From Sinorhizobium meliloti (GTDB lineage: Bacteria > Pseudomonadota > Alphaproteobacteria > Rhizobiales > Rhizobiaceae), in contig NZ_JAGIOS010000003.1 of the NCBI RefSeq assembly GCF_017876815.1, positions 600,001 to 632,000 of the forward strand: a DNA stretch of 32,000 nucleotides. Direction: 5' to 3'. The notes under the pieces were generated by a model that saw only the letters and a program-made list of their open reading frames with translations, did not search any database and had not been told where the DNA came from. Shown here piece by piece: positions 9,886 through 18,735 of this stretch; the first letter of the stretch is position 1, and each line of letters starts with the position of its first letter. Made by a program: the position numbers and the translations under genes.

Positions 9886-11511
9886 ATGCGCAAACAGGAC
9901 AAGCGCTCCGCCGAAATTTACAGCATATCAAAGGCTCTGATGGCCCCCACTCGTCTTGAGACCACGCTTAACAATTTCGTGAATACCCTCTCTTTGATTC
10001 TGCGCATGCGCCGCGGCGGACTCGAGATTCCGGCGTCGGAAGGAGAGAAAAAGATAACAGCGGCTACCCGCAACAGCGGGTCTCCTTCTGCCGCTGATTA
10101 TACTGTACCAAAGGCCGCAATAGACCAAGTCATGACTGCCGGGCGGCTGGTCGTACCAGACGTTTGCAACTCTGAGCTGTTCAAGGATGAGATAAAATGG
10201 CGCGGAATTGGTCCGACTGCCTTCATCGCTGCGGCGGTGGAAGTCGATCACGAAACGGGCGGAATGCTGTGGTTCGAGTGCGCCGAAGAGTCCGATTCTG
10301 ATTATGAGGAGGAGGTACACTTTCTTTCTATGGCCGCCAATCTTGCGGGGAGGGCCATTCGGCTTCATCGCACAATGAGCAGGCGTGAGCGGACATTTGC
10401 CGAAGAGCAGCAAGAACAACAGAATTCACGTGATGAGCAGAGCCAGAGTTCCGCCCGCCAGCGGCTGCTCAAGAATGACGGGATCATCGGGGAAAGTACC
10501 GCCCTCATGACGGCGGTAGATATCGCCAAAGTCATGGCAGAGACCAATTCAATCGTTCTCCTTAGGGGAGAAACAGGAACTGGCAAGGAATGCTTTGCGA
10601 AGCTAATCCACCAGCATTCGACTCGGCAAAAAAAGCCCTTCATCAAGTTCAATTGCCCCGCGCTGTCTGAGAGCCTTCTCGAATCAGAGCTGTTTGGACA
10701 TGAGAAAGGTGCGTTCACCGGGGCTATTGCTCAACGAGTAGGCCGTTTCGAATCGGCGAATGGCGGAACGTTGCTGCTCGATGAAATCGGCGAGATTCCC
10801 CCGGCGTTCCAAGCAAAACTGCTACGCGTAATACAGGAAGGTGAATTTGAGCGAGTCGGCGGCACAAAGACGCTGAAAGTCGACGTCCGGCTCATATTCG
10901 CCACAAATAAGGATCTCGAAATGGCGGTCCAGAATGGGGAGTTCAGGGAAGACCTTTACTACCGCATCAGCGGGGTGCCCCTCATTTTGCCGCCCCTTAG
11001 GCACCGCGACGGTGACATTCCGCTCCTTGCAAGAGCATTCCTTCAGCGGTTCAACGAAGAGAACGGTCGTGATCTCCATTTCGCGCCGTCTGCGCTTGAC
11101 CACTTGTCGAAGTGCAAGTTCCCTGGAAACGTTCGCGAGCTGGAAAACTGTGTGCGGAGGACTGCAACTCTCGCCAGGTCAAAGACGATCACTTCGTCAG
11201 ATTTCGCCTGCCAAACGGACCAGTGTTTTTCTTCTCGCCTCTGGAAAGGCGTTCACTGTTCGCATGGCCACATTGAGATCGATGCGCCCGCGGGTACAAC
11301 ACCGTTGCTCGGAGCGCCAGCCAATGACGTTCCGCCGAAAGAGCCCGGATCCGCAGGAGTGGCATCCAATCTGATCGAGCGCGACCGGTTGATCAGTGCG
11401 CTGGAGGAGGCCGGTTGGAATCAGGCAAAGGCAGCTCGCATCCTCGAAAAAACGCCCCGGCAGGTCGGGTATGCTCTACGTCGGCATGGTGTGGACGTGA
11501 GAAAGCTCTAA
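9886..11511 (+). CDS. nifA: NifA, sigma-54-dependent transcriptional activator (GAF, AAA+ and HTH domains)
   Basis: 541 aa. Walker A GETGTGKE, GAFTGA motif, interdomain Cys motif CQTDQCFSSRLWKGVHC and C-terminal HTH QAKAARILEKTPRQVGYALRRHG. It is close to the S. meliloti NifA sequence as I remember it. Confidence 0.96.
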   Translation: MRKQDKRSAEIYSISKALMAPTRLETTLNNFVNTLSLILRMRRGGLEIPASEGEKKITAATRNSGSPSAADYTVPKAAIDQVMTAGRLVVPDVCNSELFKDEIKWRGIGPTAFIAAAVEVDHETGGMLWFECAEESDSDYEEEVHFLSMAANLAGRAIRLHRTMSRRERTFAEEQQEQQNSRDEQSQSSARQRLLKNDGIIGESTALMTAVDIAKVMAETNSIVLLRGETGTGKECFAKLIHQHSTRQKKPFIKFNCPALSESLLESELFGHEKGAFTGAIAQRVGRFESANGGTLLLDEIGEIPPAFQAKLLRVIQEGEFERVGGTKTLKVDVRLIFATNKDLEMAVQNGEFREDLYYRISGVPLILPPLRHRDGDIPLLARAFLQRFNEENGRDLHFAPSALDHLSKCKFPGNVRELENCVRRTATLARSKTITSSDFACQTDQCFSSRLWKGVHCSHGHIEIDAPAGTTPLLGAPANDVPPKEPGSAGVASNLIERDRLISALEEAGWNQAKAARILEKTPRQVGYALRRHGVDVRKL

Positions 11512-11597
11512 GCTGCCGGTGAGATAAAGGCGTCGCGAGCGTCGCCTCTTTTCTCCGTCCTTTCGAAACACGACCGGATGCAATTCAACTTTGCCCT

Positions 11598-11613
11598 TGT
11601 CGGAAGTCCGACA
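11598..11613 (+). promoter_or_regulatory. NifA UAS (TGT-N10-ACA) for PnifB
   Basis: TGTCGGAAGTCCGACA, a perfect dyad about 95 bp upstream of the predicted start site. Confidence 0.75.
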
Positions 11614-11674
11614 AGCCTGTGAGCAAAGAGACAGGACCGAATCCAAAGACGCCAATCCATTGACGAAAAGGATT

Positions 11675-11690
11675 TGGCATAGCTGTTGCT
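11675..11690 (+). promoter_or_regulatory. Sigma-54 (-24/-12) promoter of nifB-fdxN
   Basis: TGGCATAGCTGTTGCT (TGGCAT-N5-TTGCT), 38 nt upstream of the nifB ATG. Confidence 0.8.
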
Positions 11691-11727
11691 GGTTGAATTG
11701 CAAAATCACCCTCCACTGGAGTTGTTC

Positions 11728-13200
11728 ATGTCCACACCCATGATTTTGCGTGAGAGCCGGACCAGCACTACATTCTCTGACCAGTTGCTGGAGAACGCTA
11801 AATCGGTTGGCTGCTCACCCCCATCGACGGCGCCGGGCGACATAGATCCTGGAACTTGGGACAAGATTAAGAATCACCCCTGTTTTTCAGAGGAGGCGCA
11901 TCACTATTTCGCGCGCATGCACGTGGCGGTCGCGCCTGCCTGCAACATCCAATGTAACTATTGCAATCGCAAATACGATTGCGCCAACGAAAGTCGGCCC
12001 GGTGTTGCCTCGGAAAAGCTCACACCTGACCAGGCGGTGCGAAAGGTGATTGCCGTTGCCAACGAAGTGCCTCAGCTGTCAGTGCTTGGCATCGCTGGGC
12101 CCGGCGATGCCTGTTACGACTGGAAGAAAACAAGGGCGACGTTCGAACGAGTGGCTAGGGAAATTCCCGACATAAGACTCTGCATCTCCACGAACGGGCT
12201 CTCGTTGCCGGACCATGTCGATGAGCTTGCCGAAATGAACGTCGATCACGTGACGATCACCATCAACATGGTCGATCCGCGTGTCGGCGTAAAGATCTAC
12301 CCCTGGATTTACTATGGTCAGCGCCGCCACACTGGTATCGACGCTGCGAGAATCCTGCACGAACGGCAGATGTTGGGCCTGGAGATGCTAGCCGAACGCG
12401 GCATCCTCACCAAGGTCAACTCGGTAATGATCCCCGGCGTCAATGATGAGCACCTGATCGAAGTCAACAAAGTTGTGAAAGGAAGAGGCGCGTTGCTGCA
12501 CAACGTAATGCCGCTAATTTCAAACCGCATACACGGGACCTATTACGGACTGACAGGGCAGCGCGGCCCGGAGGCCTTCGAACTGCAGGCCCTTCAGGAC
12601 CGTCTAGAAGGAACCAAACTGATGCGTCATTGTCGACATTGCCGGGCCGATGCCATAGGCTTGCTCGGCGATGATCGTGGTCACGAGTTCACGCTCGCTG
12701 AAATCCCCGACGAGATAACCTACGATGCCAGCAAGCGACAGGCCTATCGCCAGTTGGTCGCGCGCGAACGCGGGGACCACCTAGTGGCCAAGAACGAGGC
12801 GAACAGAACGGTAATGTCGGTGGAATATGGCGGATCGCTTCTCATTGCCGTGGCGACCAAAGGCGGGGGCCGGATCAACGAACATTTTGGACACGCGAAA
12901 GAATTTCACGTTTATACCGTCTCCCAGAGAGGGATCAAGCTGGCAGGCCGCCGCAGGGTTGAGCAGTATTGCCTCGGCGGCTGGGGCGAGGTCGCCACCC
13001 TCGATCACATCGTCGTTGCGCTTGAAGGAATAGACATCCTGCTCTGCGTCAAAATCGGAGATTACCCAAGGAAACAGCTGACACAGGCCGGGCTTCGAGC
13101 GACGGAAGCTTATGGCCATGACTACATCGAGAGTGCGCTCGGCGCGCTCTACGCCGCCGAGTTTGGCATCGAACCACCGGTAAAGACGGCGACAGCTTGA
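11728..13200 (+). CDS. nifB: FeMo-cofactor biosynthesis radical-SAM protein NifB (490 aa) with a C-terminal NifX-like domain
   Basis: CNIQCNYCNRKY radical-SAM motif. C-terminal LLIAVATKGGGRINEHFGHAKEFHVY. I chose ATG 11728 (TGGAG SD) because the track start 11686 lies inside the -12 promoter element. Confidence 0.95.
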   Translation: MSTPMILRESRTSTTFSDQLLENAKSVGCSPPSTAPGDIDPGTWDKIKNHPCFSEEAHHYFARMHVAVAPACNIQCNYCNRKYDCANESRPGVASEKLTPDQAVRKVIAVANEVPQLSVLGIAGPGDACYDWKKTRATFERVAREIPDIRLCISTNGLSLPDHVDELAEMNVDHVTITINMVDPRVGVKIYPWIYYGQRRHTGIDAARILHERQMLGLEMLAERGILTKVNSVMIPGVNDEHLIEVNKVVKGRGALLHNVMPLISNRIHGTYYGLTGQRGPEAFELQALQDRLEGTKLMRHCRHCRADAIGLLGDDRGHEFTLAEIPDEITYDASKRQAYRQLVARERGDHLVAKNEANRTVMSVEYGGSLLIAVATKGGGRINEHFGHAKEFHVYTVSQRGIKLAGRRRVEQYCLGGWGEVATLDHIVVALEGIDILLCVKIGDYPRKQLTQAGLRATEAYGHDYIESALGALYAAEFGIEPPVKTATA

Positions 13201-13231
13201 GCTGCCCTCCGACTGAATAAGGAGTTTTAAA

Positions 13232-13426
13232 ATGGCCTTCAAGATTATTGCATCTCAATGCACTCAGTGCGGCGCCTGCGAGTTTGAATGTCCGCGGGGG
13301 GCGGTCAATTTCAAAGGCGAGAAATACGTGATTGACCCGACCAAATGCAACGAATGCAAGGGAGGATTCGACACACAGCAATGCGCATCGGTCTGTCCGG
13401 TGTCGAACACCTGCGTCCCTGCCTGA
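13232..13426 (+). CDS. fdxN: 2[4Fe-4S] ferredoxin FdxN
   Basis: 64 aa with [12 protein letters not shown] and CNECKG...CASVCP. AAGGAG SD is upstream. It lies immediately after nifB. Confidence 0.93.
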
Positions 13427-13613
13427 GCTCCTACCAATATGTTCCGACAGAACTTCGATTTTAAGGTCCTGCAGCACAAAGAACGTGAGGAACCGCAAGA
13501 GGTTGTAGGAGAACAGGGTCGAAATTTGCGAGGCTCCACCAAACTATGTGTAGAAATAGCCTCCACTCGCGGGATGACTGAAACTGCCACCAGTCTTGCA
13601 GAACGGACAGATC

Positions 13614-13820
13614 ATGAAAGTCACAATCCGCATAACCGGCGACGCCTTGTCGGCGTATATCCCTAAGAAGGACCTCGAGGAGCCGATCATTTCGGTGGCG
13701 AATGAAGACCTATGGGGCGGCTCGATACTGCTGAGGAACGGGTGGCGCCTGGCCCTGCCCCACCTTCCGCAGGACACTCGCCTGCCGGTTACAGTCGAGG
13801 CAAATATCCGGCGACACTGA
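13614..13820 (+). CDS. fixU: NifT/FixU family small protein (68 aa)
   Basis: MKVTIRITGDALSAYIPKKDLEEPIISVANEDLWGGSILLRNGWRLALPHLP matches the NifT/FixU family pattern. ATG 13614 lies within track ORF 13596..13820. Confidence 0.85.
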   Translation: MKVTIRITGDALSAYIPKKDLEEPIISVANEDLWGGSILLRNGWRLALPHLPQDTRLPVTVEANIRRH

Positions 13821-14166
13821 CCGGACATGAGTTGCGACATGGATGAGATTATTTGCCTGGAGCGGGATCAGGGGTTCCCATCATCGAGCGACCGCGCTCA
13901 GGTTCCTTCACGCGGTTGCATTTGCCGAGTTTTTTGATTGTTGATATTAATGAGTTCCCAAGGATCCCCGGGTGCAGCGGGTTCGTGACGCTGGTGCGAT
14001 CGCGATGATACACATCGCCGCCGACACCATACGCGGGCCTAGTATCGATCCGATTGCAGCAGGGTCGAAGCAAGTGGAACGCTAGAGCACGTGCTGCGAT
14101 CGATGAATCGATTGTGAAGTGACGACGCAGGCCGAAGCTGATTCAACATCCACAGCGAAGAGGTGG

Positions 14167-14553
14167 ATGATGGGCCAGGCACTGAGCGACGATCTTCGAA
14201 TACGGGTTTTGAAAGCGTCTGCAGCGGGCATGTCAGCTCGACAGGCTGCAGCCCGGTTCGGAGTTGGGATCTCGACAGCGATCCGCTGGATCGCGAGAGC
14301 GAAAGAGGGCGAGCTGACCCCTCGGCCGCAGGGCTGGAGGCGGCCATCGGCGGTAGACGCACACGAGGAATTTGTTGTCGCCCTGATCGAAGAGCGGAAG
14401 GACGTGACGCTCGATGAAATGGTCCAGCGCTTGTCCGTCGAACGGCAGGTGAAGATCAGCCGTAGCGCACTTGGCGCCTGGCTTCGAGGCCGAGGATGGA
14501 CCTTTAAAAAAAGACCGCACACGCACTGGAGCAAGACCGGCCGGATGTCCTGA
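14167..14553 (+). CDS. IS630-family transposase, upstream frame (HTH DNA-binding part)
   Basis: [57 protein letters not shown] lies before ATG 14167/14170. The track ORF begins at GTG 14119. Confidence 0.8.
   Translation: MMGQALSDDLRIRVLKASAAGMSARQAAARFGVGISTAIRWIARAKEGELTPRPQGWRRPSAVDAHEEFVVALIEERKDVTLDEMVQRLSVERQVKISRSALGAWLRGRGWTFKKRPHTHWSKTGRMS
14506..14513 (+). promoter_or_regulatory. Probable -1 programmed ribosomal frameshift site (A AAA AAA G)
   Basis: An A7 run lies in the 0-frame codons AAA AAA A. A slip of -1 gives ...[53 protein letters not shown]..., continuous with the downstream ORF. Confidence 0.65.
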
Positions 14554-15113
14554 AGCGCCGGCGCGTCTGGTTTGATGGTCAGCTCGATCTCGATCCGGAG
14601 AAGCTGATCTTCATCGATGAAACCGGCCTTTCCACGAAGATGGCACGTCTGCGCGGGCGTGCACTGCGAGGCGAACGTTGCCGGGCCGGCGTACCGCACG
14701 GGCACTGGAAGACAACGACCTTCACCGGCGCCTTGCGCCTAACCGGAATGACCGCACCGTTTGTCTACGACGGCGCGATGAACGGCAACGTCTTCCTGGC
14801 CTATGTCGAACAGGTACTTCTGCCGACCCTTCAGGCCGGGGACGTCGTAGTCATGGACAACTTGCCAGCACACAAGACATCCGGTGTGCGGGATGCCATC
14901 GAGCGCGCCGGGGCCAAGCTTATGTTCCTCCCGCCCTATAGCCCAGACTTCAATCCCATCGAGAATGCATTCTCGAAACTGAAAGCCATGCTGCGAGGCC
15001 GCGCGGAGCGAAAGATCGATGCCCTGTGGGACGCAGTCGGCGCCTTGATACCCCGCTTCACTCCTGACGAGTGTGCCAACTACTTCAGGGCTGCCGGGTA
15101 TGACCCGGATTGA
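14511..15113 (+). CDS. IS630-family transposase, downstream (-1) frame with the DDE catalytic domain
   Basis: FIDETG ... [10 protein letters not shown] ... [17 protein letters not shown] is the DD(35)E signature. The track lists only the part from 14640. Confidence 0.8.
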   Translation, partial: KTAHALEQDRPDVLKRRRVWFDGQLDLDPEKLIFIDETGLSTKMARLRGRALRGERCRAGVPHGHWKTTTFTGALRLTGMTAPFVYDGAMNGNVFLAYVEQVLLPTLQAGDVVVMDNLPAHKTSGVRDAIERAGAKLMFLPPYSPDFNPIENAFSKLKAMLRGRAERKIDALWDAVGALIPRFTPDECANYFRAAGYDPD

Positions 15114-15481
15114 ACAGGATCTGCTCTAGTATTGAAATGTATGCCGGGGCCTTCCGGCGCTTGAGCTATTCGACGGGCCGACCCAGTCGCCGATAATCAG
15201 AACGATAGCGTGGCAACAGCGCGCTCCTGACCGAGCTGCCCGAGCATCCACTCAAGCGGCCGAACTCGATCTGCGCGAAGGCTGACTCCGCGCAACAATC
15301 GCCACACCGTTGTTCGGTTGCAAGCATCCGCACGATCAGCTTGAAGTGGCAGAGAATTTCGAGAGCGTTGCATCCCCCGCAGGTAGTCCTCGCCAACTTA
15401 GCAATGTCGGATTCTCATTTCCATCAGACACGTCGTCGAGATCCGAAAGGCGACATCAAGGTAGGGCAGCCTCTCCCGGGG

Positions 15482-16120
15482 CTATCCGCGAAACTCGGGC
15501 TCACGGGCTTTCCTGCCCGACGCTAGTGGCGCCACATCGCGTTCGGCATCAAATCGTTCGAGCATCTTCTTGAGCCAGAGGTTCTGTGCAAGAAGCAGTT
15601 CAGCTAGCAACCTCTTGAGGAGCTTGTTGTCCGCACCCAGAGCGGCAAGCTCGTCGAGGGAGATCGGATCGTCGACAGTCCTGGTCTGCGCTTTTCGACC
15701 CTCGTGCCCGACCTTCAAGTCGTGCAGGCGCTTCGTGCGATTTCGAGCAGTGCCCGACGTCGATAGACGCTGCGATGGCGTGTGGCGCTCCTTTGTCTGC
15801 GCAACCGCCTCGGTCGGAGTGTCGGCGACGCGATGCTGCGAGATCTCAACCTTCGTGCCGTTGGCACGTTGTATCTCTGGCAGCGCAACCTCGACACGGC
15901 CGTTAAGCGGCTCTGCATTGATCGGATCGACCAGCCTAGTTTCACGCGAGCCAAAGGTTCCACGTCCCTCATTTGAATTGAACGGAAGCGACGCCATATC
16001 TTCCACTTCGCGTGCCAAAGCCTTAAGATCCGTATCTCCCCAGATTGACTTCGTCTGTGCGTTTGGCTGTCGCCGCTTTGTCTTCTTTTCGACAACAAAT
16101 GTCTGTTGTGGCCTCTTCAT
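15482..16120 (-). CDS. Hypothetical protein (212 aa), charged and low-complexity with a C-terminal leucine-rich helix
   Basis: Internal ATG 16120 of track ORF 15482..16627. MKRPQQTFVVEKKTKRRQPNAQTKSIWGDTDLKALAREVEDM...LDELAALGADNKLLKRLLAELLLAQNLWLKKMLERF. The longer version overlaps the SyrB-like gene in another frame. I cannot name a family. Confidence 0.5.
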   Translation of the reverse strand: MKRPQQTFVVEKKTKRRQPNAQTKSIWGDTDLKALAREVEDMASLPFNSNEGRGTFGSRETRLVDPINAEPLNGRVEVALPEIQRANGTKVEISQHRVADTPTEAVAQTKERHTPSQRLSTSGTARNRTKRLHDLKVGHEGRKAQTRTVDDPISLDELAALGADNKLLKRLLAELLLAQNLWLKKMLERFDAERDVAPLASGRKAREPEFRG

Positions 16121-16364
16121 CTCTTTCGACCCCGAGCAAAGTGAAAACAGACGCGACACTGATGGCCCCGCGGGATTTCTGCTGGCGCACCAATATAGCC
16201 CTTCCTCGCGTGTTTCAATTGCTTCGCAACGCGCCACCGGCCCTGGACCCGGCAAGATTTTTGGGACAGCAGGGCTTCGTCTGGGCGAAAATGCCAAATC
16301 GGGAGCCCCTCGCGTAGCGCGGAGAACGACAAAGCAACGTCTTCCCGGGCCTTCCCGCTCCTCG

Positions 16365-16820
16365 TCAGTCCAAACCGAGCCTCTTGCGCAGTTCAGTATT
16401 TTCCGTTCGCAGCTTCTCCGCCAGTTGCTTGCGGAGCCTCTGATTTTCCTCTTCAAGCTGGACAAGCTCCGCGAACTCATCGCCAGCCGATAAGGGTGTA
16501 GTTCTCTCAATGTCCTCTCGCGCGGCTGACTTAGCAGCACTTTTCCAATGATAGTAGGTTTGCTCTGATATACCGGCGCTCTTGATAGCGTCCTTGAGGG
16601 TATTGCCTTCGCTGACTTTTGTCTCAATCAGCCTGAGCTTCTCGCTCCTCTCTTGCTCGCTATATCCCCTGCGTTTAGCGGCCGGCATCTTTGGTTGAGC
16701 TGGTTCGGGGGGCGCCTTCTGGGGCCGTGACGAGCTACGCTTCTTACCCGTTGGTGCTTTCACTTCTGCATCCGCCACTACAGCCGGAGCAACTGGCCCT
16801 GCATTACTTTCGTCAACCAT
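16365..16820 (-). CDS. SyrB-like small regulator (151 aa; IS3-OrfA-type HTH plus leucine zipper)
   Basis: ATG 16820 is preceded by AAGGAGG with 8-nt spacing. MVDESNAGPVAPAVVADAEVKAPTGKKR...RGYSEQERSEKLRLIETKVSEGNTLKDAIKSAGISEQTYYHWK...LEEENQRLRKQLAEKLRTENTELRKRL. It resembles the S. meliloti SyrB family as I recall it. Confidence 0.65.
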   Translation of the reverse strand: MVDESNAGPVAPAVVADAEVKAPTGKKRSSSRPQKAPPEPAQPKMPAAKRRGYSEQERSEKLRLIETKVSEGNTLKDAIKSAGISEQTYYHWKSAAKSAAREDIERTTPLSAGDEFAELVQLEEENQRLRKQLAEKLRTENTELRKRLGLD

Positions 16821-17179
16821 CAGAAATCCCTCCTTTAGCATCCGAATGTTCTCGGCTGAGTGTTCCACAGAGTCAACCCAACTATTAGAATCCTGCTTTA
16901 CGGATAATTGATGTTTGGGTGTTTGATCCAGGCTTTGATGATGCCTTATCATCGCCGCTTGGAGCAGAGGCACTATCGGACACGTCTACATGGCAGACCA
17001 CGCGGACAGAGGCAGTCCTTCGAGCGATACAAAGCAGTCAAGACAGCCTGAGGCTGCTTTAAGCGTTCTGGCGCTGGTCATCCCTCCAATAGATGCGATA
17101 CGCGACATTCGAAGCGTACACCGGGAACATTGCCAGTACGTTGTACCGGACCCTCACCAGCAATTCGCTCGTCGCGCGC

Positions 17180-18652
17180 TCAAATACTGAGGCAAAGATA
17201 CTTGGTTTCCACATAGTCATCGATGCCGTATTTGGAGCCTTCGCGGCCTTGCCCCGACTGCTTGACACCGCCGAAGGGCGCTACTTCCGTAGAGATCAGG
17301 CCTGTATTGATGCCCACCATGCCGTATTCTAGCGCTTCCGCCACGCGGAATACCTTACTCACATCCTTGGAGTAAAAATAGGATGCTAAGCCGAACTCGG
17401 TCTTGTTGGCCATACTGACAACTTCATTCTCGGTCTCGAACTTGAAGAGCGGCGCGACTGGGCCGAACGTCTCCTCGCCAGCAATCTTCATGTCCATGGT
17501 GGCTCCGGTCAGGACGGTCGGCTCGAAAAACAATCCGCCCCGCGCATTGCCGCCCAGAACCAGATCGGCACCCTTCGTCACCGCGTCCCGGATATGTTCC
17601 TCGACCTTGGCGAGAGCCTTTTCGGAGATCAGCGGGCCAGCGTCGACGTCCGGCTCAAACCCGTCGCCGATCGTCATCTCGCTAACCTTGGCAGTCAGCC
17701 TCGCGGCAAAGGCGTCGTAAATTCCGGCCTGCACGAAAATCCTATTGGCGCAGACGCAGGTCTGCCCGTTGTTGCGGTACTTGGCGACCATGGCGCCTTC
17801 GACAGCGGCGTCGAGATCGGCGTCGTCAAAGACGATGAACGGCGCGTTGCCTCCGAGTTCCAGACCCAGCTTCATGATCTGGTCGGCGCCCTGGCGCATC
17901 AGTATTTTGCCGACGTTGGTGGAGCCGGTGAAGGTCAGCTTGCGAACCTTGTCATTGGCACACATTTCCTTGCCAACTTCCGCGGAATCGGTCGACAGGA
18001 TAACGTTGAAGACTCCGGCAGGCAGGCCGGCGCGTTCTGCGAGCAAGGCTAGCGCCAGCGCCGACAGCGGCGTCTCCGCGGCAGGCTTCGAAACCACTGC
18101 GCAGCCTGCGGCAGCGGCAGGCGCCAGTTTTCGGGCGAGCATCGCATTCGGAAAATTCCACGGCGTGATCGCCGCCACGACCCCGATCGGCTGTTTGAGG
18201 ACGATGATGCGCTTGTCCGGCTGGTGGCCCGGAATCGTGTCGCCGTAGACGCGCTTCGCCTCCTCGCCAAACCACTCGACGTAAGACGCGCCGTAGAGAA
18301 TCTCGCCCTTCGCCTCCGTAAGCGGCTTACCCATTTCCATCGTCAGGATGGTGGCGAGGTCGTCGGCATTGGCAACCACGAGGTCGTAGAGGTTGCGCAG
18401 CACCGCGGCGCGTTCCTTGCCCGTCTTCTCCGCCCATGCCCTTTGCGCCGCGTGGGCCGCATCGATCGCACGTGCGGTTTCGGACCGACTCATGTCGGGC
18501 AAGATGGCGATGACCTCGCCGGTCGCCGGATTGCTGACATCGAACGTCTTGCCGCTGTCGCTTCTGTCAAGCCATTCGGCGCCGATCAAACCCTTGTCGA
18601 CAGCGAGGCTGGGATCCTTCAGTTTGACGAGAAGTGTTTCCGAAATCGTCAT
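17180..18652 (-). CDS. gabD: NAD(P)+-dependent succinate-semialdehyde dehydrogenase
   Basis: 490 aa with ALDH motifs ELGGNAPFIV and NNGQTCVCANR. The N-terminal half has a typical GabD/SSADH pattern (PWNFPNAMLARK). Confidence 0.88.
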   Translation of the reverse strand: MTISETLLVKLKDPSLAVDKGLIGAEWLDRSDSGKTFDVSNPATGEVIAILPDMSRSETARAIDAAHAAQRAWAEKTGKERAAVLRNLYDLVVANADDLATILTMEMGKPLTEAKGEILYGASYVEWFGEEAKRVYGDTIPGHQPDKRIIVLKQPIGVVAAITPWNFPNAMLARKLAPAAAAGCAVVSKPAAETPLSALALALLAERAGLPAGVFNVILSTDSAEVGKEMCANDKVRKLTFTGSTNVGKILMRQGADQIMKLGLELGGNAPFIVFDDADLDAAVEGAMVAKYRNNGQTCVCANRIFVQAGIYDAFAARLTAKVSEMTIGDGFEPDVDAGPLISEKALAKVEEHIRDAVTKGADLVLGGNARGGLFFEPTVLTGATMDMKIAGEETFGPVAPLFKFETENEVVSMANKTEFGLASYFYSKDVSKVFRVAEALEYGMVGINTGLISTEVAPFGGVKQSGQGREGSKYGIDDYVETKYLCLSI

Positions 18653-18718
18653 GCGTAGGTCTCCTGGTGCGTCGCCTTGTTTCCGGGCCGCTACTGTTCC
18701 ATCGCCAGGCGTCTCACC

Positions 18719-18735
18719 GAAATAGCGGCTATTTC
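18719..18735. promoter_or_regulatory. Perfect 8-1-8 palindrome GAAATAGC-G-GCTATTTC in the gap before gabD; candidate protein-binding site
   Basis: Read directly. It overlaps the stop codon of the ABC ATPase gene and lies about 70-80 nt upstream of the gabD ATG. A 1-nt spacer is too short for an RNA hairpin loop. Confidence 0.35.

Larger units (their letters stand above)
14085..15126 (+). mobile_element. IS630-family insertion sequence (about 1.04 kb) in a CTAG target with TA duplication
   Basis: A two-frame DDE transposase fills the element. Short imperfect terminal inverted repeats GAGCACGTGCTG / rc GAGCAGATCCTG. TA flanks both sides (14083-14084, 15127-15128), and the reconstructed empty site reads CTAG, the classical IS630 target. 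Confidence 0.8.

Noticed and set aside
11528-11554. Possible terminator after nifA (AGGCGTCGCGAGCGTCGCCT followed by CTTTTCT)
   Set aside because: The stem has an internal mismatch and an effective loop of only 2 nt. It is too weak to call, and read-through from nifA into nifB is known in rhizobia.
11686-11727. Longer nifB start (track ORF from 11686)
   Set aside because: That start codon lies inside the -12 element of the nifB promoter, upstream of the expected transcript 5' end. ATG 11728 gives the expected 490 aa.
13585-13600. TGCCACCAGTCTTGCA upstream of fixU, resembling a sigma-54 promoter
   Set aside because: The invariant -24 GG is GC here, and no TGT-N10-ACA lies upstream. It is more likely chance or a dead promoter. 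fixU is probably read from PnifB or an unrecognised promoter.
14082-14705. 207-aa minus-strand ORF
   Set aside because: It is antisense to the IS630 transposase frames and starts outside the element's end. No motif was found.
15129-15481. Possible recombinase or transposase remnant right of the IS630 element
   Set aside because: I tried all three minus-strand frames and could not assemble any convincing integrase or transposase motif. Left unannotated.
15570-16493. 307-aa plus-strand ORF opposite the 212-aa hypothetical gene
   Set aside because: Ser/Arg/Cys-rich composition, no SD, and overlap with the SyrB-like gene 3' end. The minus-strand reading has the more protein-like composition. 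Neither has a recognisable family, so confidence in the minus-strand call is kept at 0.5.
16121-16627. Upstream part of the 381-aa minus-strand ORF
   Set aside because: It overlaps the SyrB-like gene (16365-16627) in another frame and has Arg/Ser/Pro-rich composition. The internal ATG 16120 was preferred.
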